Source: a virus (lineage: Duplodnaviria; Caudoviricetes). Taken from it: 64,000 nt of DNA. The DNA lies in IMG/VR virus record IMGVR_UViG_3300029913_000001; one strand, written 5' to 3'. The translations under genes were made by a program, and so were the position numbers. Below, in pieces: positions 1-9,622 of the stretch; positions within the stretch are counted from its first letter, which is position 1; every line of letters begins with the position of its first letter. The notes beneath the pieces are model-generated. The model worked only from the letters and a program-made list of their open reading frames with translations. It did not search any database and was not told the origin of the DNA.

Positions 1-52
1 ACATTCCTTCTCCCTGAAGCGATTCGAAAATTTCACCAACCTTAATTGCCAT
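1..52 (-). CDS. queE: 7-carboxy-7-deazaguanine synthase QueE (radical SAM), N-terminal 17 codons only; runs off the window
   Basis: Not in the ORF track. ATG at 52 follows the RBS TAGGAG and reads MAIKVGEIFESLQGEGM, the typical QueE N-terminal EIFxSxQGEG motif. It lies downstream of folE and queD-like genes. Confidence 0.8.
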   Translation of the reverse strand, partial: MAIKVGEIFESLQGEGM

Positions 53-59
53 AATTCTC

Positions 60-590
60 CTAATTTACATAAATCAACTTAATTTTGGTTTCATCAAACA
101 TCGAAAGTGAAATTTTAAAATCCTCACCCCATCGAGGATGATCTACGTCTGGGTTAATGCACGAAATTTCTTTAATACCGGCTTGAATAATTGCTCCTGC
201 ACAACCTTAGCAAGGAAACCAATCTAATGCAATCCCCATTCCTTCTAGCGACGTTCCGAGACGAGCTGCATTATAAATTGCATTCGTTTCGGCATGAACA
301 GTATATTTGTATTTTAACGGACGCTCATTTCTTTCATCTATTTTCTTAATTGCTTCGAGGCGAACTGCACGCGGAATTGAACAACCCACTTGACGTTCGC
401 GTTCTTGTAATTTCAAGTCAAATGCCTCTCCTGAATCGTATACTCCTCTAGGAAACCCGTTATATCCAATACTAACGATTGAATTAGTAGTTGGATTGTA
501 AATTACGGCGCCAACCTTTGAGGATGTATCTTTGCTCCACTTAGCAAAAAATGATGCAGCCTCTACAAATCTTTTATTCCAATTAATCAT
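60..590 (-). pseudogene. dCMP deaminase with one in-frame TAA (207-209) inside the PCxxC zinc motif; pseudogene or sequencing error
   Basis: HAETNAI motif present. The frame continues past the stop as WFPC*GCAGAIIQAGIKEISCINPDVDHPRWGEDF...VN to TAG at 60-62. Confidence 0.8.
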
Positions 591-1645
591 TATTTAAAAA
601 ACCTCATCATACCGTGTGAACTAAAAAACTTTGAATATGAATTATCCAAATAATTTTGGGTAGCAGATCGATCATACAATGAAAGAATAAGTCGTATTCG
701 CTCGACTAAATTCATTCGATTTCTTTCATAAGATTTCCAATTTTCTGTCCACACAGACGGATACAAAAAATCTCGATCATGCTTAAAAATTTCTGAATAA
801 CTTAATCTATCCGGGGCAATTGGTATTGCACCTAAAATTGGTCCCTCGGATCCCATCGAAATACCCAAGGTTTCCTGCAATGCCGCGGAAAAAACAATTT
901 TACTCTTTGCCAGCAAAGTATGATACTCATGTTTACTTAGCGGTGTATCTTGGCAAACAATAAATTTCATCTCTGGAATATATTTAGCAAGATCTCGAAA
1001 AATTTCAACTTGCTTTTCTGGTGCGATTCGATGGGGAAATAAAATAATATCTTCTTTTGGAATCGTTTGATATGGTTTTAATACATCAACCATATATTCA
1101 TAAGGATGCCCGCATCGAATAATTCTTAATGGTCCAATATCTTCACCTGTATGCGGATATGCTTTGAGGAATAAATCCTTATGATAATTGGTTGCAAAAT
1201 ATACATGATCATATGCAAAAAACATGCTCTGCTCTGCATACTGAATCCATTTTTTTGGACCAATTAATCTTCCGAGAAAATCTTGAGAGTCATAATTTCC
1301 TGCATGTATCTGGGCATGAAGTGTTACTGGAATACCCAGTAATTCACTCATATATTTTACATTAATTACTGAGGGATTCCAAAAATCAGTAAACAGAAAA
1401 TGATCACCGGCTTTAATAATGCCATCACAAAACATTCTACTAATCTGTTCAAGCTGATTACTTTTCCAGGCATTTGTTCCACCGAAGTTTAAAAATGCTC
1501 CTGGAGTAGTTGCCTCTGGGATGTTAGTTGGGCCAGTTATAACCGTTACATCAAATCCTTTTGATCGAAGTAACTTTGGAATATGAACGCTCCACTGGGA
1601 AGTGTAACGATTTTCCAAACTTTCGAGTTCAACAATATATATCAT
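590..1645 (-). CDS. Glycosyltransferase (GT-B/GT4-like)
   Basis: C-terminal ILFPHRIAPEKQ and LQETLGISMGSEG motifs resemble the GT-B nucleotide-sugar binding region. Confidence 0.7.
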   Translation of the reverse strand: MIYIVELESLENRYTSQWSVHIPKLLRSKGFDVTVITGPTNIPEATTPGAFLNFGGTNAWKSNQLEQISRMFCDGIIKAGDHFLFTDFWNPSVINVKYMSELLGIPVTLHAQIHAGNYDSQDFLGRLIGPKKWIQYAEQSMFFAYDHVYFATNYHKDLFLKAYPHTGEDIGPLRIIRCGHPYEYMVDVLKPYQTIPKEDIILFPHRIAPEKQVEIFRDLAKYIPEMKFIVCQDTPLSKHEYHTLLAKSKIVFSAALQETLGISMGSEGPILGAIPIAPDRLSYSEIFKHDRDFLYPSVWTENWKSYERNRMNLVERIRLILSLYDRSATQNYLDNSYSKFFSSHGMMRFFK

Positions 1646-1653
1646 AATTAATC

Positions 1654-2106
1654 CTATTGGATAAATTCCATATGAGCGCCGTTTTCTCCATCTTCGGAAA
1701 TATCAATAATTACATCTCTGCTAGGATATCTTTCCTCAATCTGAATAAACAAATCCTCACACATCATTTCACAGGATCTATAATCCAATTTAAGAATTTT
1801 ATCATCATAAAAACTTTCGAGCCACTGTTTAAAAAGGATAAATTCTATATCTCGATCGTTCGAATTAACAGAAATTTGAACTTTAAAATGGAAAATATGC
1901 CGATGAGGTGAAGCAAGATAAGAAACTTTTTCTAACGCAGGATCGTCTGCTGCGGCAGGATAATAATGAATGCCAGATTTTTGGAATGTAACCCAGATAA
2001 ATTTATTTACATTTGATAATCTAAGAGCTTGATTATTCTTATTTGCTATTTTAATAGCAGATACTATTAATGCTTGTTCCTCTTCAAGAGTGTTTTTATT
2101 TACCAT
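1654..2106 (-). CDS. Divergent QueD/6-pyruvoyl-tetrahydropterin synthase-like T-fold protein
   Basis: PHRHIFHFKV (His-x-His metal motif), SCEM and EDGENGA motifs; located in the folE-queE cluster. Confidence 0.6.
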   Translation of the reverse strand: MVNKNTLEEEQALIVSAIKIANKNNQALRLSNVNKFIWVTFQKSGIHYYPAAADDPALEKVSYLASPHRHIFHFKVQISVNSNDRDIEFILFKQWLESFYDDKILKLDYRSCEMMCEDLFIQIEERYPSRDVIIDISEDGENGAHMEFIQ

Positions 2107-2993
2107 TTAATATATCCTCTTCCATAATTCTTTGGCCTATTTAAGGCATCGCTGAATGCTTTCTGCCATTCACTATTACGATCATAACAGGTAGTCCAGA
2201 ATTTGTCAATGTCTAAATAATTTGATTCAATATAGAGTCTAGCCTTATGCATTGCATCTAGAAAACATGATGCTCTGGGACTAGGGTGAACCACAACAGC
2301 AGAGGCCCAATCCATTTGAGAAGTATCCATCTTTTTACCAACCGCATTAATAATCAAAGCTTCGTTATTCAAAATATTTTCCGAGGAAGTTTCATTGCCA
2401 GCTCGAATATCAATGATTATATCATAGCTATCAGAATGTCGTTCATTAAGAGTTATACCTTCCGATAGCCAAATATCTAAATTACTATGCCCATCAATAT
2501 CAATAACTCCGATATTATTATATAGTTTTAATGTCTGATAGGCAACATATGCAAGAAATCCAGTTCCTAATATTAAAATATTTTTACTATAATAAATCTT
2601 ATCCGGCATTAATGTACACGGAAATAATATCAAATTAATTCCGCACGCAACCGGTTCTAAGATGTATTTCGGCGCAGCTTCTGGAACAAATACATATTCA
2701 TTTGCACGAACGTTATAAAAATCTGAATATGCAGGCTCGCCGCGAGTCGCGACATAATCTCCAACGCTGATATCCTTTATATCCTTACCAACTTTTGTTA
2801 CCTGTCCCAAACCTTCATGTCCGGACATAGTATAAGGTAAGGTAAATTTACCTTGCATCATTGCAATATCACTGCGACATATACCGGTCATTATACTTTT
2901 AACTTCAATTTGATTGCTATCTGGCTCGGGTTTATCCCAAAACATTTCTCGAAACTTATCGTCCCCATCTGTTACTAATAATCGAGTTTTCAT
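2100..2993 (-). CDS. Medium-chain (zinc-type) alcohol/sugar dehydrogenase
   Basis: GICRSD, GHEGLGQV and GDYV motifs, and Rossmann ILILGTGFLA. Confidence 0.8.
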   Translation of the reverse strand: MKTRLLVTDGDDKFREMFWDKPEPDSNQIEVKSIMTGICRSDIAMMQGKFTLPYTMSGHEGLGQVTKVGKDIKDISVGDYVATRGEPAYSDFYNVRANEYVFVPEAAPKYILEPVACGINLILFPCTLMPDKIYYSKNILILGTGFLAYVAYQTLKLYNNIGVIDIDGHSNLDIWLSEGITLNERHSDSYDIIIDIRAGNETSSENILNNEALIINAVGKKMDTSQMDWASAVVVHPSPRASCFLDAMHKARLYIESNYLDIDKFWTTCYDRNSEWQKAFSDALNRPKNYGRGYIKW

Positions 2994-3037
2994 TTATACC
3001 TTATCTAAAATCACTATTTGATTATTTTCGGCATCAT

Positions 3038-3910
3038 TTATAGCGTATGTAAAAACCTATCAATTTTATATTGGTTATACCAAAAATCTTCATTATCAAA
3101 ATTATGAAGACAATCTAAAATCATTGATTCATATGCTTCTTCTGGACAAAGACCCAATGGAAAGAAATCTTTTCCATTGAAAAAAATACCAATTCGATCT
3201 GGTTCGTTTGTTTTCCACGCGGCATCTAAAATATATGTTTTCCCGCAAATATCGGCTACAATTTTTGCAGTATCGTCCACATCATATACTCCGTTTTCAT
3301 TTACCGGTCCATAATCAGAACCATCGTGCGCAATAGTTTTTAAATCCCAAACCTGACGTTTAATATTCTCAACAACGGTGCAATACTCCCAATTTGCACC
3401 GGCTAGTGCAATCATAATGCTAGCAAGATGTGGAAGAATATCCTTACTAATTCCACCAAGAGATTTTGCTTTTTCAGTAAACCACGAACCCGGGCGAGGA
3501 ACTCTATTCTTAGTTCGCCACTCGATATCTATTATCTCTGTTTTTGCCGCTCGTTCGATTAACGCCGGAATTTCTTTTCGCCACATATTATTTTTAGTCA
3601 TAGTAATTCGAGTGTTAGGATTTAATCCTACCAATCGATTCCATCGTAATTGGCTTTGCACTCCCGGCTTTTCGACGAATACAATATCCGTTTTAGCTGC
3701 AATTTTTTCAGCTATATCTTCATGCAAATAATTAGGAACACAAATATGGGCTATATCAAAATGCATTGTACTTGGAATCTGTTCAACCGAAGTATAATCC
3801 GGAAACTTCAAAACATCGGGATCTACTCTAATAATAGTAGATCCCGCTCGTTCGTAAATTGGCCTATATACAGCATCGCCAAAACCACAACCAACAATTA
3901 ATATATTCAT
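3038..3910 (-). CDS. Gfo/Idh/MocA-family NAD(P)-dependent oxidoreductase
   Basis: N-terminal IVGCGFG, ICVPNYLH, VFVEKPG and GGISKDILPH motifs. Confidence 0.8.
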   Translation of the reverse strand: MNILIVGCGFGDAVYRPIYERAGSTIIRVDPDVLKFPDYTSVEQIPSTMHFDIAHICVPNYLHEDIAEKIAAKTDIVFVEKPGVQSQLRWNRLVGLNPNTRITMTKNNMWRKEIPALIERAAKTEIIDIEWRTKNRVPRPGSWFTEKAKSLGGISKDILPHLASIMIALAGANWEYCTVVENIKRQVWDLKTIAHDGSDYGPVNENGVYDVDDTAKIVADICGKTYILDAAWKTNEPDRIGIFFNGKDFFPLGLCPEEAYESMILDCLHNFDNEDFWYNQYKIDRFLHTL

Positions 3911-3912
3911 TA

Positions 3913-4608
3913 TTAACCTTTCATAGATGCAACAATATGAAAAAATTCATCCTTTTGGGATTGTGATTCCCTGATAGAACCGCGTACAACACTTGTTGTA
4001 AATGCGCTTTCAGCAGCCTGAACGCCGCGCTCTGTAAGACATCCATGAGATGCCTTAATTAGTACGGCTACACCCTTTGCTTCTGTAATACGTTCAATTT
4101 CATCTGCTATCTGAACCGTTAATTCTTCTTGAATAGTTGGACGATTTGAAAACCATTCCGTAATGCGATTAAATTTAGATAATCCAATTACTTTCTTACC
4201 GGGGAAAACACCGATATATGCAACACCGGTAATATTTTGGAAATGGTGGGCACAAACCGAATGAATTGCTATTGGTCCTGCTACTAATAATTGATCATAT
4301 TCTTTTGCGTTCGGAAAACTAGTAACCTTAGGCTCTGGCAAATAACGCCCACTAAGAGTTTCAGTAATATACATCTTAGCCATACGGTGAGCGGTATCTT
4401 TTGTATTATGATCGTTACGAGTATCTATTACTAGACTAGATAATACCGATTCCATTTTCCTTGCTACTTCGTCTTCTAATAAATGTAATTCGGGGGGATT
4501 GATAAATTTACTAATATTATCCGTTGATTTAAAATTTGCATTTGCTCGAGTAATACGTTCTTTAATAACCTCGGAAATACAAACCGTTCCTTCTACAATA
4601 TTCTGCAT
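3913..4608 (-). CDS. folE: GTP cyclohydrolase I
   Basis: SVCAHHF, GLSKFNR, RPTIQEELT and HGCLTERGV motifs. Confidence 0.95.
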   Translation of the reverse strand: MQNIVEGTVCISEVIKERITRANANFKSTDNISKFINPPELHLLEDEVARKMESVLSSLVIDTRNDHNTKDTAHRMAKMYITETLSGRYLPEPKVTSFPNAKEYDQLLVAGPIAIHSVCAHHFQNITGVAYIGVFPGKKVIGLSKFNRITEWFSNRPTIQEELTVQIADEIERITEAKGVAVLIKASHGCLTERGVQAAESAFTTSVVRGSIRESQSQKDEFFHIVASMKG

Positions 4609-4635
4609 TATTATCCTTTTTATTCGATATAATTA

Positions 4636-4664
4636 ATTATAAACCATAAAATAGTATTTGTCAA
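4636..4664 (-). promoter_or_regulatory. Sigma70-type promoter for the folE operon
   Basis: TTGACA (4664-4659), 17-bp spacer, TATAAT (4641-4636). Confidence 0.8.
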
Positions 4665-4736
4665 ACATGAATAAATAATGTTGGCCACTACGCTAAGAAC
4701 GTATGCCAACTCTAAAGCCCCAAGGAGGCAATCAGC

Positions 4737-5869
4737 ATGGATATTTATTCAGACAAAACTATCAACTTCGTATTATGTTCTATGAAAATTCATCATGGAA
4801 AATATTCTTATCCTCAAACCATATTTCGAATTAACACCGAAAAAGTAATTATAACATGCCCTATACACGGAGATTTTCAGCAAACACCCAAGATGCATCT
4901 TAACGGTACTAACTGCCGATTATGCTCTTATAAAAATAACTCTGAAAAGTATACAAGAACAAAAGAACAATTCATTAATTTAGCCAATAAAAAACATTTG
5001 AACAAATATTCATATGATAAATCAATATATGTAGGCTGCAAAATTCCATTAATAATTACCTGCCCTATACACGGAGATTTTCAGCAACTACCGGCCAATC
5101 ATTTGATAGAAAGTGGTTGTTCCTATTGTTCTCATGGTGCGGTACGGCAAATTTTATTCGAAAGGCAAATATAATTCATAAAAAATTCTATACATATCAA
5201 GATTCGGACTGTAGGGGCAGTGAAATACCATTAACTATTACCTGTCCCATTCATGGAAATTTTAGTCAGAAACCAGTTAATCATCTTCGTGGCAGTGGTT
5301 GTCCTGTATGTGGCCGGGATCGAACTACCTGGAATTTAAATGATTTTCTATTAACAGCTAATAAATTACATAATAAATATTATTCTTATGAAAAAATTAT
5401 TTGGCGCGGTGCACAAGAAAAAATTGAAATTATTTGTCCAAAGCACGGATCTTTTTACCAAAAAGCATACGGTCATATATATGGTGCCGGTTGCCCAAAA
5501 TGCCATCTAAGCCACGGTGAAAGAGTAGTTGAAAAATACCTATCAGAAAATCATATAATATTTTCTGTGCAAATTAAAATTCCAGAATGACGTGACAAAA
5601 AATCGATGCCATTTGATTTCGGTATTTTTAATTCTTCAAATAAATTATTAGGACTTATCGAATATCAAGGAGGTCATCATTATCTTAAAGTTAAATGGAA
5701 TAAAAACATGACAGAACTTGAGGCTGAAAGACGATTAAAGAAAGTTCAACATCATGATAAGCTAAAAATGGAATTTTGCCAGAAAAATAATATTCCATTT
5801 TTAGCTATTCACTATCAAGATAATGTTTCTGCGGTACTTTCAAAATTTATTACTCGTATAAATTATTAA
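4737..5869 (+). pseudogene. Decayed free-standing homing endonuclease (repeated CPxHG zinc modules plus C-terminal PD-(D/E)xK-like domain)
   Basis: Three ORF pieces joined by a frameshift near 5140-5170 and an in-frame TGA at 5588-5590 (IPE*RDKKSMPFDF). It is the only plus-strand gene in its neighbourhood and has a hairpin (GTTGGC...GCCAAC) and AGGAGG upstream. Confidence 0.75.
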
Positions 5870-7409
5870 AAGATGTTAGGGAATTTTTAGTCTTTTTTCC
5901 GGTATTCCTACTAGGTGTACCGGAAAATTTTTGCCAGTATGCAGTATAGTGATCTATTAATTTCATAGCCTTACCATAATCACTGGTTGAAAAAATATCC
6001 TCGATAATGTCTTTTAAATACAGTCGATCATAGTACATCATTGGTTTATTACCTTTTGCAAGAGTTGATAATGCCGCCGGATAAAGCCCAGAGTCATATT
6101 TCTTATTGCATTCTATTACAGTCATAATATGCATATATACATTATGTGCCATTTGCAAAGCGTAACTAAACGAATCAAACGAAGTCTTTCCGATTTTGCC
6201 TAACTTATTTAGATCCGTTGGCCCGTATGAACAAATATCATGCCCGGTTAATCGAGCACTAATCGGACTGTCGATAAATTCGTCAAATATACCATCTTGT
6301 TCGAGAATATCTTTTAAGGATCGCATGTCGGTTGAATATTTTTTATCATCGATAAACGGCGCAACAAAAAAAGTCCAATCATCTTTAGATGCATCGAATA
6401 ATTTATAATAAATTGTGGCAAACGTCGAAGAAAGGAACGGTGTTGCGCAATCATAACTAAGCGTTATTTTTGGATTATGATATTTGCGCAATGCTTTCTG
6501 CACATCTGTTAATAACAAACTCCATTCTAAATTGCTATTGCCTAAAAAGTGAATCCAATCGTGAATGCCGGGTTCCAAAAGGCCATCAAATCTCTGCTGA
6601 ACCAACATCTTTAGAGCTAGGTGAGGATCCGCAGATGTCTGACTACCATAGGCCCAGCCATTAAACGGAGATTCATATTGTTTCGGATCGCAATATTTCT
6701 TTACTTGCTTATACCAATCTTCTGCTTCGGCGTGTGTATTTCCCTGCAAAATATTAAGAAATTTACACGACCCGTTTCGATTTCGCATAAAATATTCGTT
6801 ATTAATTTGCGTTGCCTTAACTGCGTCTGCATATGTATTAATGCCTGTTAACTTTCGAACTCGATCTTTCTTCACAATAACTGGACTAACATCAAGTGTC
6901 ATCCCGTATTGTGCTTTTAGATTGCAATCCATCCAATTCAAAACTTGTTTACGTTTTGCCCCAGCCCTAGGACAATTAGGATCTTTCCAATCGCCGGACC
7001 ATTTTTCATTTCCGGATAGAATCTGAAACCCGCCACTATCGGCTAGAATAAAATCAGTTTGATCCCGCTCATATACCATCGATTCAGATTGTGCAATTTT
7101 TGTTAAATCCGTGTGCCCGGCTGAATAAAGATTATGACTATAATTAAAATAACCATTCTTTTTATCTAACCAATTTAAACCATCAATTGATCCGTTGAAT
7201 CCGACAGGAATTCTAGACGGATCAACCTCACCACGAAGATGATATTTTTGTCGTCCGATATATCGTATAAAAAATGTGCTAAGTGCAGGCAAATATAATG
7301 AATACTTCGCTAATCCGGTTTTTGGATCAAATAACTCTTTATCAATATTATGCTGTGAAAATTCCACTATGTTGCCACCTGTATCGGTAATACTCGAACT
7401 GTTTGCCAA
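5850..7409 (-). CDS. tRNA-guanine transglycosylase (TGT/DpdA)-like base-exchange enzyme
   Basis: ILADSGGFQI, MTLDV, LNILQG, WIHFLG and SYDCATPF match TGT barrel motifs; co-located with folE/queD/queE. Confidence 0.75.
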   Translation of the reverse strand: MANSSSITDTGGNIVEFSQHNIDKELFDPKTGLAKYSLYLPALSTFFIRYIGRQKYHLRGEVDPSRIPVGFNGSIDGLNWLDKKNGYFNYSHNLYSAGHTDLTKIAQSESMVYERDQTDFILADSGGFQILSGNEKWSGDWKDPNCPRAGAKRKQVLNWMDCNLKAQYGMTLDVSPVIVKKDRVRKLTGINTYADAVKATQINNEYFMRNRNGSCKFLNILQGNTHAEAEDWYKQVKKYCDPKQYESPFNGWAYGSQTSADPHLALKMLVQQRFDGLLEPGIHDWIHFLGNSNLEWSLLLTDVQKALRKYHNPKITLSYDCATPFLSSTFATIYYKLFDASKDDWTFFVAPFIDDKKYSTDMRSLKDILEQDGIFDEFIDSPISARLTGHDICSYGPTDLNKLGKIGKTSFDSFSYALQMAHNVYMHIMTVIECNKKYDSGLYPAALSTLAKGNKPMMYYDRLYLKDIIEDIFSTSDYGKAMKLIDHYTAYWQKFSGTPSRNTGKKTKNSLTSFNNLYE

Positions 7410-7561
7410 AAACCACCGCCGTTATAATATGCTATATATTCTTGCTGAATTTCAACCGGTTCTAGCCAATAAACATATCGTGTTTTGGGATCGGTAATTT
7501 TTAAAAATGCAAATTTAACTTTTGACCGTACGGCTCCGTATTCAACTTCTTTCCAATGCAT
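7367..7561 (-). CDS. Hypothetical protein (64 aa)
   Basis: ORF with AAGGA RBS, in operon orientation. Confidence 0.5.
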   Translation of the reverse strand: MHWKEVEYGAVRSKVKFAFLKITDPKTRYVYWLEPVEIQQEYIAYYNGGGFWQTVRVLPIQVAT

Positions 7562-7582
7562 ATTTTTCCTTTCTTTTAAAAG

Positions 7583-7602
7583 AAGGGGGATAAATCCCCC
7601 TT
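7583..7602 (-). terminator. Intrinsic terminator after the clamp gene
   Basis: AAGGGGGA-TAAA-TCCCCCTT hairpin followed by a U-rich tract on the minus strand. Confidence 0.65.
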
Positions 7603-7607
7603 AATCT

Positions 7608-8339
7608 TTATTTCGCTAGCGAAAGTACTGTATATTGATGAACCGCGAGCCCAGTTGTTACCTTAATCTCCATTGCGCCGGCATCCGCAATTGAAAGCAC
7701 CTTATCTCCGGTTAGACTCAAAATTGCTAACACGTTTGACAGCGGCCATTCACGGGGTGTCTTAATGGAGCCAGTAACTCCGGCGGCGAACACAAATTCA
7801 CCAGTATGCGAACTATGATCGCCTAAGACAAGGCAAAGATTTCCATTTGATACAGATGCGGTAAATGTATTTGCGCTGCCTGCGGCCTGAGTCTGAAATT
7901 TCAACCGTTGAATTGCATTATCGGTTGGTACGATTGAAATATTCCAAGCAATTGCCTTACGAGTCTTAGAAGGTAACTGCTCTTCAACTACATCTCGGCT
8001 CATGAATCGATAATCGTTTCGGAAATCTCGAGATGCATTCGCAAATGAAATACCAACGGGAACATCTGTTCCATTAACCGTCTGCTTCGTTACCGTAATG
8101 AATGCGTTTTCCTTATATTCTGGAATATTTAAAATAGTATTAAGACGACCTAAATCGTGCAAACCAAAAACCCCTTCTAATTCAGGAATTGGCTGCACAA
8201 ATTGTGAATTAAGAACAACCGTTTTGTCTGCGGCCATTGCATTAAGCTCGGTAGCAGTATCGGTGCCAGTAACCTTAACTAGATCAAGAAAACCTAGAGC
8301 ATGGGAGTATGCGATTATTTCGCGTAGTGTGTCAATCAT
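7608..8339 (-). CDS. Putative DNA polymerase sliding clamp (gp45-like)
   Basis: About 243 aa from ATG 8339 (RBS AAGGA). It follows the polymerase, and FGLHDLGRLNTIL resembles the gp45 xIYDLxxFL segment. Confidence 0.55.
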   Translation of the reverse strand: MIDTLREIIAYSHALGFLDLVKVTGTDTATELNAMAADKTVVLNSQFVQPIPELEGVFGLHDLGRLNTILNIPEYKENAFITVTKQTVNGTDVPVGISFANASRDFRNDYRFMSRDVVEEQLPSKTRKAIAWNISIVPTDNAIQRLKFQTQAAGSANTFTASVSNGNLCLVLGDHSSHTGEFVFAAGVTGSIKTPREWPLSNVLAILSLTGDKVLSIADAGAMEIKVTTGLAVHQYTVLSLAK

Positions 8340-8373
8340 TTTTTCCTTATGAAAATACAAAAGTTTATAATTT

Positions 8374-8402
8374 ATTATAACGTAAAGTTAGAGTAATGTC
8401 AA
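8374..8402 (-). promoter_or_regulatory. Sigma70-type promoter
   Basis: TTGACA (8402-8397), 17 bp, TATAAT (8379-8374). Confidence 0.8.
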
Positions 8403-8413
8403 GCAATTTCAAC

Positions 8414-9622
8414 TTATTCAAAAAAATCAAAAAAGGTATTAATTTTACGAGTCCCTTCTTCTATTGCTTTCCATATTGGTAACTTTCCCAAGAGATTTTC
8501 TAACTTTTTATCTACCACCGCGGCAATCATTGCATCATTGTCAAATGGTAGTTTAGTAAACCAATCCGGTAGATGGGATTCATCTGTTGGATAAGCAACC
8601 GAAGTCATATTCAGTTGATTCTCTTTTAAAGGGCAAACCACACACTTCTGCCCATCAACGATACGAGTATGAACATTATCGTTATTCATTTTTCTTAATG
8701 AATTCCAATTAATTGCCGCTCTGACGTGTCCAGGAACTCGATTACCTTTTCCTTGTGCAATTTGGTCCGCATAAAATGTTAGCTTGTTGACACGCTTCGG
8801 TGTACCTTGCTCATGTAATGGCAATGCTTTAAACTTATCCTTGAATATATTAATTTTTGCTGTTAAATCATCAACTGTTTTACCTTGTAGTAAATCCATT
8901 AATATTTCACTTAAAAATTTCTGGCAAACTTCCGGGGTATCACTGCGACGCAAATCTAATCCCATTGCTTTTAATTTTAAATGATCGTCACCATAAAACT
9001 TACCATCTTTAAAATAATTAAGAATTGCATATCGTTTTTTAGTAATATATAAACCACGATAACCTACTGATTCGCAAGATGATTTAATTAATTGACCAAA
9101 TTTATCCGGACAATTATACGATCTCTTCATATAATCGGCGTAAGAATCGTTAACTTGCTCTCCAATCTTCAAATATAGCTGAACTGCAATATCTCGATTC
9201 CATTCAACTTGACCTTCATCTATCATATCTTTCATCACTGGCCAAGCCGAAAATTGAGTTGAATCTGTATCCCCATAATGAATTGCTCTTCCTAGATAGT
9301 TATATTCTCCAGTTATACATTCATTAACAAACGAACTCTGATGCCTTACAATTCCCCTACCGGTTAAAGTAACCGATTGCCCTACACGTTTGTCAAAAAA
9401 ACGAGAACTTGGTTGGAGCAGCGTTCCATATGTCGCATTGAGTAGGAGTTTTTTTGCGTGCTGCAATCCATCATAATATTCTACCTGTTTTTTAATTTCC
9501 GATATGTTTTTAGAAAAAATTTTTCCATTTCGGATTTCAAGATTATTATTTGTTATAAATTGTTTAATATCCGAGATATTTCCATTAACAAATAACTCCC
9601 GAAGTTTTTTTACTTCCACCAT
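8414..9622 (-). CDS. Family-B DNA polymerase, C-terminal subunit
   Basis: Motif B KKLLLNATYG, motif C YGDTDS and KKRYA. It has its own RBS (AAGGA) inside the upstream HNH ORF. Confidence 0.92.
   Translation of the reverse strand: MVEVKKLRELFVNGNISDIKQFITNNNLEIRNGKIFSKNISEIKKQVEYYDGLQHAKKLLLNATYGTLLQPSSRFFDKRVGQSVTLTGRGIVRHQSSFVNECITGEYNYLGRAIHYGDTDSTQFSAWPVMKDMIDEGQVEWNRDIAVQLYLKIGEQVNDSYADYMKRSYNCPDKFGQLIKSSCESVGYRGLYITKKRYAILNYFKDGKFYGDDHLKLKAMGLDLRRSDTPEVCQKFLSEILMDLLQGKTVDDLTAKINIFKDKFKALPLHEQGTPKRVNKLTFYADQIAQGKGNRVPGHVRAAINWNSLRKMNNDNVHTRIVDGQKCVVCPLKENQLNMTSVAYPTDESHLPDWFTKLPFDNDAMIAAVVDKKLENLLGKLPIWKAIEEGTRKINTFFDFFE

Noticed and set aside
60-5869. Stop-codon reassignment suggested by the in-frame TAA (207) and TGA (5588)
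   Set aside because: TAA, TAG and TGA all end full-length conserved genes here, very long ORFs are intact under the standard code, and the TGA case lies in a gene that is also frameshifted.
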